Virus record (IMG/VR): IMGVR_UViG_3300038412_000041
Source of the DNA: a virus
Lineage: Duplodnaviria; Heunggongvirae; Uroviricota; Caudoviricetes
DNA: 33,101 bases
Strand: one strand, 5' to 3'
Numbering within the stretch: the first letter of the stretch is position 1; each line of letters begins with the position of its first letter. Below, one piece after another: positions 8,436-16,205 of this stretch. A model generated the notes under the pieces. It saw only the letters and a list, made by a program, of their open reading frames with translations, had not been told where the DNA came from and searched no databases. The position numbers were made by a program, and so were the translations under genes.

Positions 8436-9617
8436 TTAACTTGAAGAGTTGAAGCTACCGACTACCTCTACTTGGATATTCTTTGTTTTGTTGTCCAAAT
8501 ATATGATTGACAGCTTCCTACCATCAACAACGTTTCTGGAGGATCGTAAGTATCTTGTCGTTTGGACCTTTATTTGTTCGTAATCTTTGAACAGAGGTTT
8601 GATAAAGTCTCCAGTGTTCTTTATAAACCAATCTATAAAGGCAAGCAACAATTCATTAGTGCAGAGCAGATTCTTCTTTGTAGGCTTAAATTGAACTAAT
8701 GTCATCACATTCTCAACACCGACATTGGATGAACCTAAGAAAGCTGCAACTGGATCAGCATTCCAAAAAGATATAGGTGAATCAGGGTCATGCCAATCTA
8801 TCTTGGAGCCTATAGTGAGTTCCTTTTTGGTTCTATAAGTCTTGAATAGCTTCTTAGACTTGACACTACCAAGTCCACGAATAGCTACTAGAAACATCAC
8901 TAGCTTGTCAAAATCATCCTGCTGGTGGTTAACGGATATTTCTATTTGTGGTTTCTTAAACTTGCCTGTGTATCTGTCATGCAAAAGTGCGTCTAGATTA
9001 GGTATGTAGTACTGGAACACTTCGCGTTTGGCTTTATATGATAGAGCAGACCACCAAGATAAGGCATGTTTTTCGTTGAAAGTTTTTGCAGCAGAGGTTA
9101 TTGGTTCTTTGTAAGCATAAGGTTGTTTAGTATCACCGTTTTCCAACCAATCCTTAAACACATCTGGATGTACTTCTGTGATAGTACCTAAACCGTTCCA
9201 GTCATCTGTATAGTTTTCTAGATAACCATACATGGCTGCTTTGGTATTAGGCCAACCGAGCATTATTTTATGCTCATCGAAATCAGTAGAATCCTCTACC
9301 AATTGATCTACTATATGGAATGGACCTACGTAATCTATGTCGGTACCTGGTTTGATAAAGATATCTAAATGATCTTTGTCTTTTCCGATAGTTCCTTTAA
9401 TATAACCATAATGGCTCTTCATTGGAGGCCACTCTGGTCTACGTCTTGAACCTGCTGGATTCTCAATAGCTATATCAAGACCACACAAACGAAGATGGCC
9501 TTTCTTATACATGCCAGCTTGTTTGTGTTCATCTAATGGTTCAGGTCCATCATTCAGAGGAGAAGTTGCTGCATCATGTGCCAGATCATCAATATCTGTT
9601 AATTTTTTAATCTCCAT
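8436..9617 (-). CDS. InPase (inorganic pyrophosphatase-like, polyvalent-protein type) domain fused to an unassigned C-terminal domain, 393 aa
   Basis: AHDAATSPLND..P...K.AG.YKKGH....GLDI.IENP.GS.R...HYGYIKGT.G.D.DHLDIFI is the characteristic InPase pattern of phage polyvalent proteins. The C-terminal ~215 aa are unrelated to it. Confidence 0.82.
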   Translation of the reverse strand: MEIKKLTDIDDLAHDAATSPLNDGPEPLDEHKQAGMYKKGHLRLCGLDIAIENPAGSRRRPEWPPMKSHYGYIKGTIGKDKDHLDIFIKPGTDIDYVGPFHIVDQLVEDSTDFDEHKIMLGWPNTKAAMYGYLENYTDDWNGLGTITEVHPDVFKDWLENGDTKQPYAYKEPITSAAKTFNEKHALSWWSALSYKAKREVFQYYIPNLDALLHDRYTGKFKKPQIEISVNHQQDDFDKLVMFLVAIRGLGSVKSKKLFKTYRTKKELTIGSKIDWHDPDSPISFWNADPVAAFLGSSNVGVENVMTLVQFKPTKKNLLCTNELLLAFIDWFIKNTGDFIKPLFKDYEQIKVQTTRYLRSSRNVVDGRKLSIIYLDNKTKNIQVEVVGSFNSSS

Positions 9618-9849
9618 TTTTGTCAGCCTTGAACATTCCGATAAACATTAATAGAAAGAGATAGAGGGTCATTACAGCGTACATTATGAGGTGCAATGCA
9701 ATGACAAAAGCTAGAGGGAGCCAGACCGGAGCAAATACTAAAAGCCAAGGAATGTTTGCTATCTCCAAGGCTTTTAATGCCACAAGAAATCCCATGATTT
9801 TTAATGGTAGATAAGAGTCAAACTTTAGACTAAGAAATTTTGGAAGCAT
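9607..9849 (-). CDS. Small membrane protein, 80 aa
   Basis: Almost entirely hydrophobic. LKALEIANIPWLLVFAPVWLP resembles the LKL.G.I.WSW..V..P.W small phage membrane family. Confidence 0.65.
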   Translation of the reverse strand: MLPKFLSLKFDSYLPLKIMGFLVALKALEIANIPWLLVFAPVWLPLAFVIALHLIMYAVMTLYLFLLMFIGMFKADKNGD

Positions 9850-10465
9850 TTGTTGCGTCTCCTTGTTGACTCTTTAGTTTGGACACTAGTGTTTCTAAAG
9901 GACCTCGAATATTAAGTATTTCTGACTGTGAAGCGTTTATAGGCAAACTATCAAGACGATTATTTAATTGCAGGATTAATGTTCTCAACTGATCTTGCTC
10001 TACATTTATCGTGTTAAAAGAGCCATCATCTAACTCTTCCTTTATAGACTCCCACTCTATAATCTCCCGCATTCTGTCTTCGCCTACTTGTCTTAATTGT
10101 GCTTGCTTGAATAGGCACTCGTCCAAGTCTACTTTATACTCATCACTCTTAAACACATCTTCTTCAGTACTGATTAGGTCTTTGAGCTTTCTTATCTTTA
10201 TTTCGTTTCTTCTATAACTAAAGCCTTCAATCATCATATTTTCAAGCATTAATGTTTGTTCTCTTACTGCTTGCCAATATTTTGAGGCTTTCGTAGGAAA
10301 AGAAGCGTCATTGAGAACTACATAACGCATTTCAACACTGGTCCTATATACCTGTCGTTTTTCCCAAGCTTCAGTTAGAGTAGGTAACAGATGGTGTAGA
10401 TTGTCTATAGCATCTTCCGAAAGAAAACCTGGTAGATTCTCACTATACTTTTTGACAGGTATCAT
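9830..10465 (-). CDS. Conserved hypothetical coiled-coil protein, 211 aa (possible fibre chaperone)
   Basis: GAGGT RBS. The motif LND..FPT.ASKYWQ.VREQ...D.MREI..W...K.ELDDGSF is one I recall from aquatic phage fibre/oxygenase loci; this is not verified by search. Confidence 0.75.
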   Translation of the reverse strand: MIPVKKYSENLPGFLSEDAIDNLHHLLPTLTEAWEKRQVYRTSVEMRYVVLNDASFPTKASKYWQAVREQTLMLENMMIEGFSYRRNEIKIRKLKDLISTEEDVFKSDEYKVDLDECLFKQAQLRQVGEDRMREIIEWESIKEELDDGSFNTINVEQDQLRTLILQLNNRLDSLPINASQSEILNIRGPLETLVSKLKSQQGDATNASKIS

Positions 10466-10476
10466 AACATTTTACC

Positions 10477-11073
10477 TCAAGCAAATTCAGTCCAACCAGT
10501 CATTATGTACTTCTCATTAGAGAGTGGAGGATTGCCGCGATGCGTCCACGGATAGTTTGGTGGAAATATCAGCAGTCTTCCTTTCTTTGGAGATATACGT
10601 TTTGACAGGTAGAGAAATTCAGTTTCTCCACCTTCCTCAACGTCATTTAGATACAGCAAATAAACTCCAACGCGGAAGGCCATGTTTTTAGTGCCATCTT
10701 CAGAGTGCCAAACGTGGTATCCTCCACAAGGCATCGTCTTTTGTAACTTGTATGTATAAATCGTGTGCTGGTCATAGTCATATAATGTACTATAACGTTC
10801 CAGATATTCCTTATAGCACTGTTCCCAAAATACAGTATTAAACTCACCTATGTAATTCTGAATGTTTGGATAAGAGAATGCAATCTCTTCAATGTTTGCA
10901 GGATTCAAACAAACTGAATTGTCATTCTTAAACTTCTCTTGCTCAGGTCGCTCAAATGTCCTGTTGTTATTCTTGCACCAATCAAAATACTTGATTAGGT
11001 CTTCACAAAACTTGTCAGAGAAGTATCCATCATACATACCTACAAAATTATCGTATACCGATTTGGTAGCCAA
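10477..11073 (-). CDS. 2OG-Fe(II) dioxygenase (prolyl-4-hydroxylase-like, cyanophage type), 198 aa
   Basis: GYHVWHSE (HxE), YLLYLNDVEEGGETEF, FPP..PWTHRGNPP (distal His), KYIMTGW (2OG-binding Lys). TTG start 7 nt after AAGGGG. Confidence 0.9.
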   Translation of the reverse strand: MATKSVYDNFVGMYDGYFSDKFCEDLIKYFDWCKNNNRTFERPEQEKFKNDNSVCLNPANIEEIAFSYPNIQNYIGEFNTVFWEQCYKEYLERYSTLYDYDQHTIYTYKLQKTMPCGGYHVWHSEDGTKNMAFRVGVYLLYLNDVEEGGETEFLYLSKRISPKKGRLLIFPPNYPWTHRGNPPLSNEKYIMTGWTEFA

Positions 11074-11084
11074 GATATTACCCC

Positions 11085-11693
11085 TTATCTAAATGTAGGA
11101 CCACAAGACCACACTACCAGAGTTCTTCTAATACCTTTTGTTACTGGCGTAACTCTGTGTAAAACGTAACTAGGAAATACTGCTACTAAGCCTTTCTTCT
11201 TCATAACTGCTTGAGGTTCGCTTGTAGTCAGTATCTCAAGATCACCACCTTCATATTCGCTGCTATCAGACAATTGTAAGACTAGTGACAGCTTTCTTGG
11301 AGGATGCCCACTACTGCTGAATCCTGAATCAAGATGCCAAGTATAGTGGCCTTCTCTCTCACCGTTATAAACTGTATATTGAAGGTGTTCACTGAAACCA
11401 TAGATATCAAAACGATAAAATTGACCATTCAACATTCTTAAGATGTGAGCCAATCTATCATAAATCCAACCTGTGTCTTGATTATATTCTATCCACGATA
11501 TTGAGGATTCTCTAATCTTTGAATAGTCATCCTCTTTATCTGCTCCGTGAATTGTTGCCTTATCTTTTTCTAGTGCATCACCTATTGAAATGATGGATTT
11601 AATTTCATCCTCAGTAAATCCATCATCCCATGTAACAAACGGATGTTCAGCCAAACCGAAACTAGGCATAGGTGGAAATCTGTAATCGCTCAT
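11085..11693 (-). CDS. 2OG-Fe(II) dioxygenase (PKHD/P4Hc-like), 202 aa
   Basis: HYTWHLD (HxD), RKLSLVLQLSD..EYEGGDL, FPSYVLHRVTPVTKGIRRTLVVW..GP.FR. Confidence 0.92.
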   Translation of the reverse strand: MSDYRFPPMPSFGLAEHPFVTWDDGFTEDEIKSIISIGDALEKDKATIHGADKEDDYSKIRESSISWIEYNQDTGWIYDRLAHILRMLNGQFYRFDIYGFSEHLQYTVYNGEREGHYTWHLDSGFSSSGHPPRKLSLVLQLSDSSEYEGGDLEILTTSEPQAVMKKKGLVAVFPSYVLHRVTPVTKGIRRTLVVWSCGPTFR

Positions 11694-11733
11694 ATCAAAC
11701 CTTACTTTTGTTATTGAAACAAAGTATTTACAA

Positions 11734-13167
11734 CTAGTAAAGTGATGTTTGTCTGTTCCAACTAACGTTCACTTTTCCAGGTAATACTCCAGTTCCAATA
11801 GTAACAGCGTATACACCTCGCTTAATAAACGTTGTGTTTACATTGTTTGTAGGTGCAACAGAGCTTGTGCCAGAACCTCCTGAATTGCCAGCTTGTCCAG
11901 GCCAAGAGTTAGGAGCAGCACCACCTGGATTACCAGAATAACCGCCATTTCCAGGAGCACCATTACTACCGGCTGTTCCTGGATTACCTGGATTACCGGC
12001 AGTACCTGCAACACTAGAGTTGCCAAGAGTACCAGGGTTACCAGCAACACCACCATTGCCTCCATTACCACCACCAGGATTGTACATAACACAGTTACCA
12101 CTAACATTACAAACCATGTTATATGTAGCACCAGTTCCACCAGACCCACCAGTTCCACCACCGCCACTACCAGCAGCACCGGCATTACCTGGATTACCAA
12201 ATAAAGAGAAAGCCAAACCATTAGGAGCCGCAGTATCGTAGGCTAGATTACCGGGACCGTAGTTACCTGTATTACCAGCAGAACCTCCAGGACCACCGAC
12301 ACCACCAGTTCCGTTATTACCTGGATTGCTTGCATTACCGGGATTGCCTGGATTACTAGCAGCACCAGCACTACCAGGATTACCAGCACCACCACCACCA
12401 CCACCATAACCACCAGGACCACCGACTCCACCATTACCAGCGGCACCACCAGGTACTGGATTACCTGGGAATGATATAGTTCCAAATACTGTTGCATTAC
12501 CAGCACCACCAGGACTACCGACGGTACCTGGATTACCAGGAGTCCCACTACTACCTGGACTACCAGAGCCGCCACTACCACCATACATACCAGGCCAAGA
12601 TGTAGGTGCAGCTACTCCAGAGCCACCAGGGTTACCAGCCGTACCACTCATATACAAAGATGATTTACTACCTGGATTACCACCAGCACCGGCATTACCT
12701 GGACTACCACCAGCACCACCTGGACCACTTGGCCCTGCACTACCGGCGGAGCCTACATTTCCACCTGTTGCTGGTGTGTAAAGACTAGTGCTATATGATA
12801 GAGTACCACTGATATACGTTCCAGGACTACCAACACTACCAGGACCACCACCGCCAGGATTACCAGTGGAACCAGCGTTACCAGGATCACCAGCTAAACC
12901 TCCTCGATTGCCAGTACCAGCGCTACCTACTAATGTTTGACCTGGACCACCAACACCAGCGTATCCAGAGCCACCAGGATTACCAGCATAACCGATACTG
13001 CCAGAATTACCCGGATTACCGGGACTACCTGGATTACCAGTACCAGGAGCACCAGCAATAACACCAGAAAAGACACCAAAAGGTACTTTAAAATTACCAG
13101 AAGTGTTTATAGTTGCCGATCCTGCAGGAGCAATGTTTGGTCTTAAAAACTTTAAAGTCATTTGCAT
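11734..13167 (-). CDS. Glycine-rich Gly-X-Y (collagen-like or polyglycine-II) virion fibre protein 2, 477 aa
   Basis: Interrupted Gly-X-Y runs with roughly 35 X-Pro-Gly motifs, about half of them Asn-Pro-Gly. Non-repetitive termini match the 488-aa paralogue. Confidence 0.85.
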   Translation of the reverse strand: MQMTLKFLRPNIAPAGSATINTSGNFKVPFGVFSGVIAGAPGTGNPGSPGNPGNSGSIGYAGNPGGSGYAGVGGPGQTLVGSAGTGNRGGLAGDPGNAGSTGNPGGGGPGSVGSPGTYISGTLSYSTSLYTPATGGNVGSAGSAGPSGPGGAGGSPGNAGAGGNPGSKSSLYMSGTAGNPGGSGVAAPTSWPGMYGGSGGSGSPGSSGTPGNPGTVGSPGGAGNATVFGTISFPGNPVPGGAAGNGGVGGPGGYGGGGGGAGNPGSAGAASNPGNPGNASNPGNNGTGGVGGPGGSAGNTGNYGPGNLAYDTAAPNGLAFSLFGNPGNAGAAGSGGGGTGGSGGTGATYNMVCNVSGNCVMYNPGGGNGGNGGVAGNPGTLGNSSVAGTAGNPGNPGTAGSNGAPGNGGYSGNPGGAAPNSWPGQAGNSGGSGTSSVAPTNNVNTTFIKRGVYAVTIGTGVLPGKVNVSWNRQTSLY

Positions 13168-13182
13168 GATTGGATTTCCATA

Positions 13183-14649
13183 TCAATGAGGTAGAGCTAT
13201 TTGTCTTCCCCAACTAACAGTGACTATACCTGGTAAAACACCAGTCCCTATAGTTACAGGATAAACTCCGCGAAGAGTAAACGTTGTAGGAACAGTAGTG
13301 GTTGGAGAAATGGCTGCACTTCCAGCTTGTCCAGGTTGTCCATACATACCGGGCCAAGTAGATGGAGGTGTTCCACCTGGACCACCAGCACCTGCTCCAG
13401 CGCCGGATGCACCAGTAGCTCCAACACTCCCATTATTACCAGCAACTCCGTTAACTCCAGGACTACCAGCAGTACCTGGATTACCAGGTATACCAGGTTG
13501 ACCAGCACCACCGCCTGTACCACCACCTGGATCATATAGTGCCGCATACCCAAGTGATGAATTTTCAACAATCCATGTTGAACCTGTACCACCATTACCA
13601 CCACTACCGCCAGTACCAGCAGGTGCTGCTCCAACAGTACCAGCCGTTCCACTTGTACCAGAATTGCCGACTAGCGCCCATTGGACTGATGTATTGACAA
13701 CACCTGAATAATAGAGAGAACCAGCAGTTCCAGAGCCACCAGGAGCACCTGCAGCACCACCAGGACCACCGCTTCCACCAAGACCTACTGTTCCATTAGT
13801 ACCGTTAGTACCGGCAGTTCCAGGAGTACCAGCACTACCTTGACTGCCAGACGTACCAGCAGCACCAGGAGTTCCACCAGCACCACCGGGACCACCAACT
13901 CCACCAGCACCACCAGCACCACCTGGAGCAGGCTGCGGTTGAAAAGTTATAGCGCCAAAAGAAGATGCTGTACCTTCACCACCTGGACTACCATTTGCGC
14001 CAGCTACGCCAGGTGCACCAGTTGGACCTTGTGCTCCCCAATTGCCACTACCACCATACATACCAGGCCAACTGGCTGCTGGACTTACACCAGATGTACC
14101 TGGACCACCAGCCGTTCCATACATTGATGATGTAGGTAATCCATTAGAACCAGGAGCTCCTGCATTACCAGATTGTCCAGGACTACCACCACCTTGTGGG
14201 CCAGTACCACTAGTACCTTGTGAACCAGCGGTTTGAGCAGTATTAAGACTTGTTACCCAGTTGGCTGCTGGTGATCCAGGAGCACCGTATGGATTTATTG
14301 GAGCATAAGCACAACCATCACCACCTCTACCACCACCACCAGGTTGTCCCCAAGCTCCTCCAGTACCAGAGCCGCCAGCAGTACCTCCAATACCGGCTGC
14401 ACCACCGATTCCGGCTGAACCACCAGGACCACCGACTCCATTATAACCACTAGTGCCGTTAGTACCATAACCACCAGGACTACCAACAGTACCAGGTTGA
14501 CCGTCTGTTCCAGGAGTTCCAGTTCCAGCTACTCCAATGACTTCACCAGCTAAAACACCAAAAGGCATCCTAAAGTTGCTGGATGCCGTTATGGTGACTG
14601 AACCAGGAGACATAATGTTAGGACGTAATAGTTTAAGCCCTATTTGCAT
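13183..14649 (-). CDS. Glycine-rich Gly-X-Y (collagen-like or polyglycine-II) virion fibre protein 1, 488 aa
   Basis: Interrupted Gly-X-Y runs (TPG, QPG, SPG, APG). N-terminal LRPNI..GSVTITASSNFRMPFGV; C-terminal RGVYPVTIGTGVLPG.V.VSW.RQ. Confidence 0.85.
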   Translation of the reverse strand: MQIGLKLLRPNIMSPGSVTITASSNFRMPFGVLAGEVIGVAGTGTPGTDGQPGTVGSPGGYGTNGTSGYNGVGGPGGSAGIGGAAGIGGTAGGSGTGGAWGQPGGGGRGGDGCAYAPINPYGAPGSPAANWVTSLNTAQTAGSQGTSGTGPQGGGSPGQSGNAGAPGSNGLPTSSMYGTAGGPGTSGVSPAASWPGMYGGSGNWGAQGPTGAPGVAGANGSPGGEGTASSFGAITFQPQPAPGGAGGAGGVGGPGGAGGTPGAAGTSGSQGSAGTPGTAGTNGTNGTVGLGGSGGPGGAAGAPGGSGTAGSLYYSGVVNTSVQWALVGNSGTSGTAGTVGAAPAGTGGSGGNGGTGSTWIVENSSLGYAALYDPGGGTGGGAGQPGIPGNPGTAGSPGVNGVAGNNGSVGATGASGAGAGAGGPGGTPPSTWPGMYGQPGQAGSAAISPTTTVPTTFTLRGVYPVTIGTGVLPGIVTVSWGRQIALPH

Positions 14650-14653
14650 GATA

Positions 14654-14980
14654 TCACTTCTTTCCTAGATTATAAAGCTCCAAAAAGTTGCTGGCCTTTA
14701 ACACTTCTAGATCAGTAAAGTATCGACGAGGATACTGTGATACAGACAAATCATCATGAACTTCTGTGTAGATCAGAATTGGGAACTTGGTAAACTTGGT
14801 ATCTTCCCACCAAGTACTTAAAGGACCAAAGACTTGAGGGTGTTGGGCATCATCTGAATAGTGTAGGACTTGATGCTTTACGCCGTTGTCCGTCAAAAAC
14901 TTTTTCATTTCCCAACAAGCGTGTGCATCTTCAGTGAGACCTGTATAAAGATTGATATCATCAAGCTTTGTTATAGCCAT
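14654..14980 (-). CDS. Glutaredoxin/thioredoxin-fold-like protein, 108 aa, single Cys
   Basis: NLYT....AHACWEMKKFL.DNGV.HQVLHY...TKFPILI has glutaredoxin-like spacing, with AxxC in place of CxxC and an FP cis-Pro-type motif. AAGGAG RBS. Confidence 0.6.
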   Translation of the reverse strand: MAITKLDDINLYTGLTEDAHACWEMKKFLTDNGVKHQVLHYSDDAQHPQVFGPLSTWWEDTKFTKFPILIYTEVHDDLSVSQYPRRYFTDLEVLKASNFLELYNLGKK

Positions 14981-14993
14981 TTTCTACTCTCCT

Positions 14994-16181
14994 TTAATAA
15001 ACATTAGCCATTGTAAGACTACCAAACCAAAATGCACCATTGTTAGTGGTGAAGAAGGCAAGCACATCCACTTGGTTAGCACCTGTGGACAAAACTGGTA
15101 ACGTACCTTCTGTATAGTGAGCGTTTGTTACAGACATTGTTCTATTGCCTGTTGCATCTTGTCTCAATATCAAAGTCGCGGATATTGGAGCATTTGATAC
15201 AGGAGGCACATTTATGAATGTGAATGCTACATTATTAGCTAAAGTTATATCAAAAACATTAGCTAATGAAAAATCCAAGTTGTAGGCTGAAGCTGAGACT
15301 GTGGCTGTCAATACTGTTTCCTTAAAACCAGCCGTGTACATATAGTACAAGTCACTCTGGTAAATAGTAAAAGTATCTCCGACAGAAGGAACTGTGCTTA
15401 AAGTGTTGACGACAAAGGCATTTGAAGCAGCAGATTGAACGTATCGCGCAATACCTTTATCTGCACCACTTGTAAACTCTACAATGAACCTGTTTGATGC
15501 TACTGCCGTATATATCTGTGCAGGCAATCCAGTACATGCAATAGATGTTGCTGTAGTACCACTACCTACAACACCAGAGTAGTATGGAACTCTATGAGTT
15601 GAGAAACTCCACAAGGCATTGGCACTTTCTCTCAAAGCTAGTGTAGGATTACCATTTTCATCACCGCTCTGTATTGAATAAGCATTAGGCAACGTCAGAT
15701 TGCTGGCTGAAGAAAGGTTATCTGGCAAAGCTATTTCAATAAGGTTTGCTACTGATAAGTTTTGATTGGTAAATGTAATGTTGCCTACAATATTTGAATA
15801 AGTCAGTGCTGCAATAAATGTAATGGTGTTTCCAGGAGTGCTACCAGTAGTTGCTGTCTTTTCTTGGAGTGCTGAAAGGGAAGTCAGAGCAAACAATGTA
15901 CCACTAGATAAGTACAAACCAACTTCACCGAAAAAGAAGTTACCTACAGTCTGATCGAGCTTTACTGTGTAGTCTAGCTGGTCATTGTTTACCACAGAAA
16001 AATTGTAGATAGTTCCTGTATACAATACAGTTCCGTGAAGTGCAGTATCCGTCACTGCAGGTGTGTAATTATAAGCACTACCTACTTGAACAGATGTTAT
16101 CTGTATAGGAATACCAGTAGCTTGTGCGTTAAGCAACGCTGCAATACCACCATTGGTTATCGTAAAATTATAAGCTGACAT
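14994..16181 (-). CDS. Short tail-collar fibre / baseplate-attached fibre protein (DUF3751-like N-terminus), 395 aa
   Basis: N-terminal ITNGG.A.L.A...G..I.ITS.QVG...GNF.FGEVGLY...G.LFA matches P2 gpH/DUF3751-type anchors. C-terminal domain LDFSLANVFDITL...TLILRQDATGNRT...P.LST.AN.VDVL.F. Confidence 0.8.
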   Translation of the reverse strand: MSAYNFTITNGGIAALLNAQATGIPIQITSVQVGSAYNYTPAVTDTALHGTVLYTGTIYNFSVVNNDQLDYTVKLDQTVGNFFFGEVGLYLSSGTLFALTSLSALQEKTATTGSTPGNTITFIAALTYSNIVGNITFTNQNLSVANLIEIALPDNLSSASNLTLPNAYSIQSGDENGNPTLALRESANALWSFSTHRVPYYSGVVGSGTTATSIACTGLPAQIYTAVASNRFIVEFTSGADKGIARYVQSAASNAFVVNTLSTVPSVGDTFTIYQSDLYYMYTAGFKETVLTATVSASAYNLDFSLANVFDITLANNVAFTFINVPPVSNAPISATLILRQDATGNRTMSVTNAHYTEGTLPVLSTGANQVDVLAFFTTNNGAFWFGSLTMANVY

Positions 16182-16205
16182 TTTGTTTCCTTTAAAATGG
16201 TACTA

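Noticed and set aside
11085-11693. Oxygenase as a DNA-base-modifying (TET/JBP or AlkB) enzyme or an iron-uptake PiuC auxiliary gene
   Set aside because: The motifs are P4Hc/PKHD-like rather than TET/AlkB, and there are no nucleotide-modification or TonB genes nearby. This is deprioritised rather than excluded.
11838-14486. Many alternative-frame and plus-strand ORFs (Val/Leu-rich, Thr/Ser-rich, Pro-rich) over the Gly-rich genes
   Set aside because: They are shadows of repetitive GGN-rich codons that lack stops in other frames. They have no RBS and lie wholly inside better genes.
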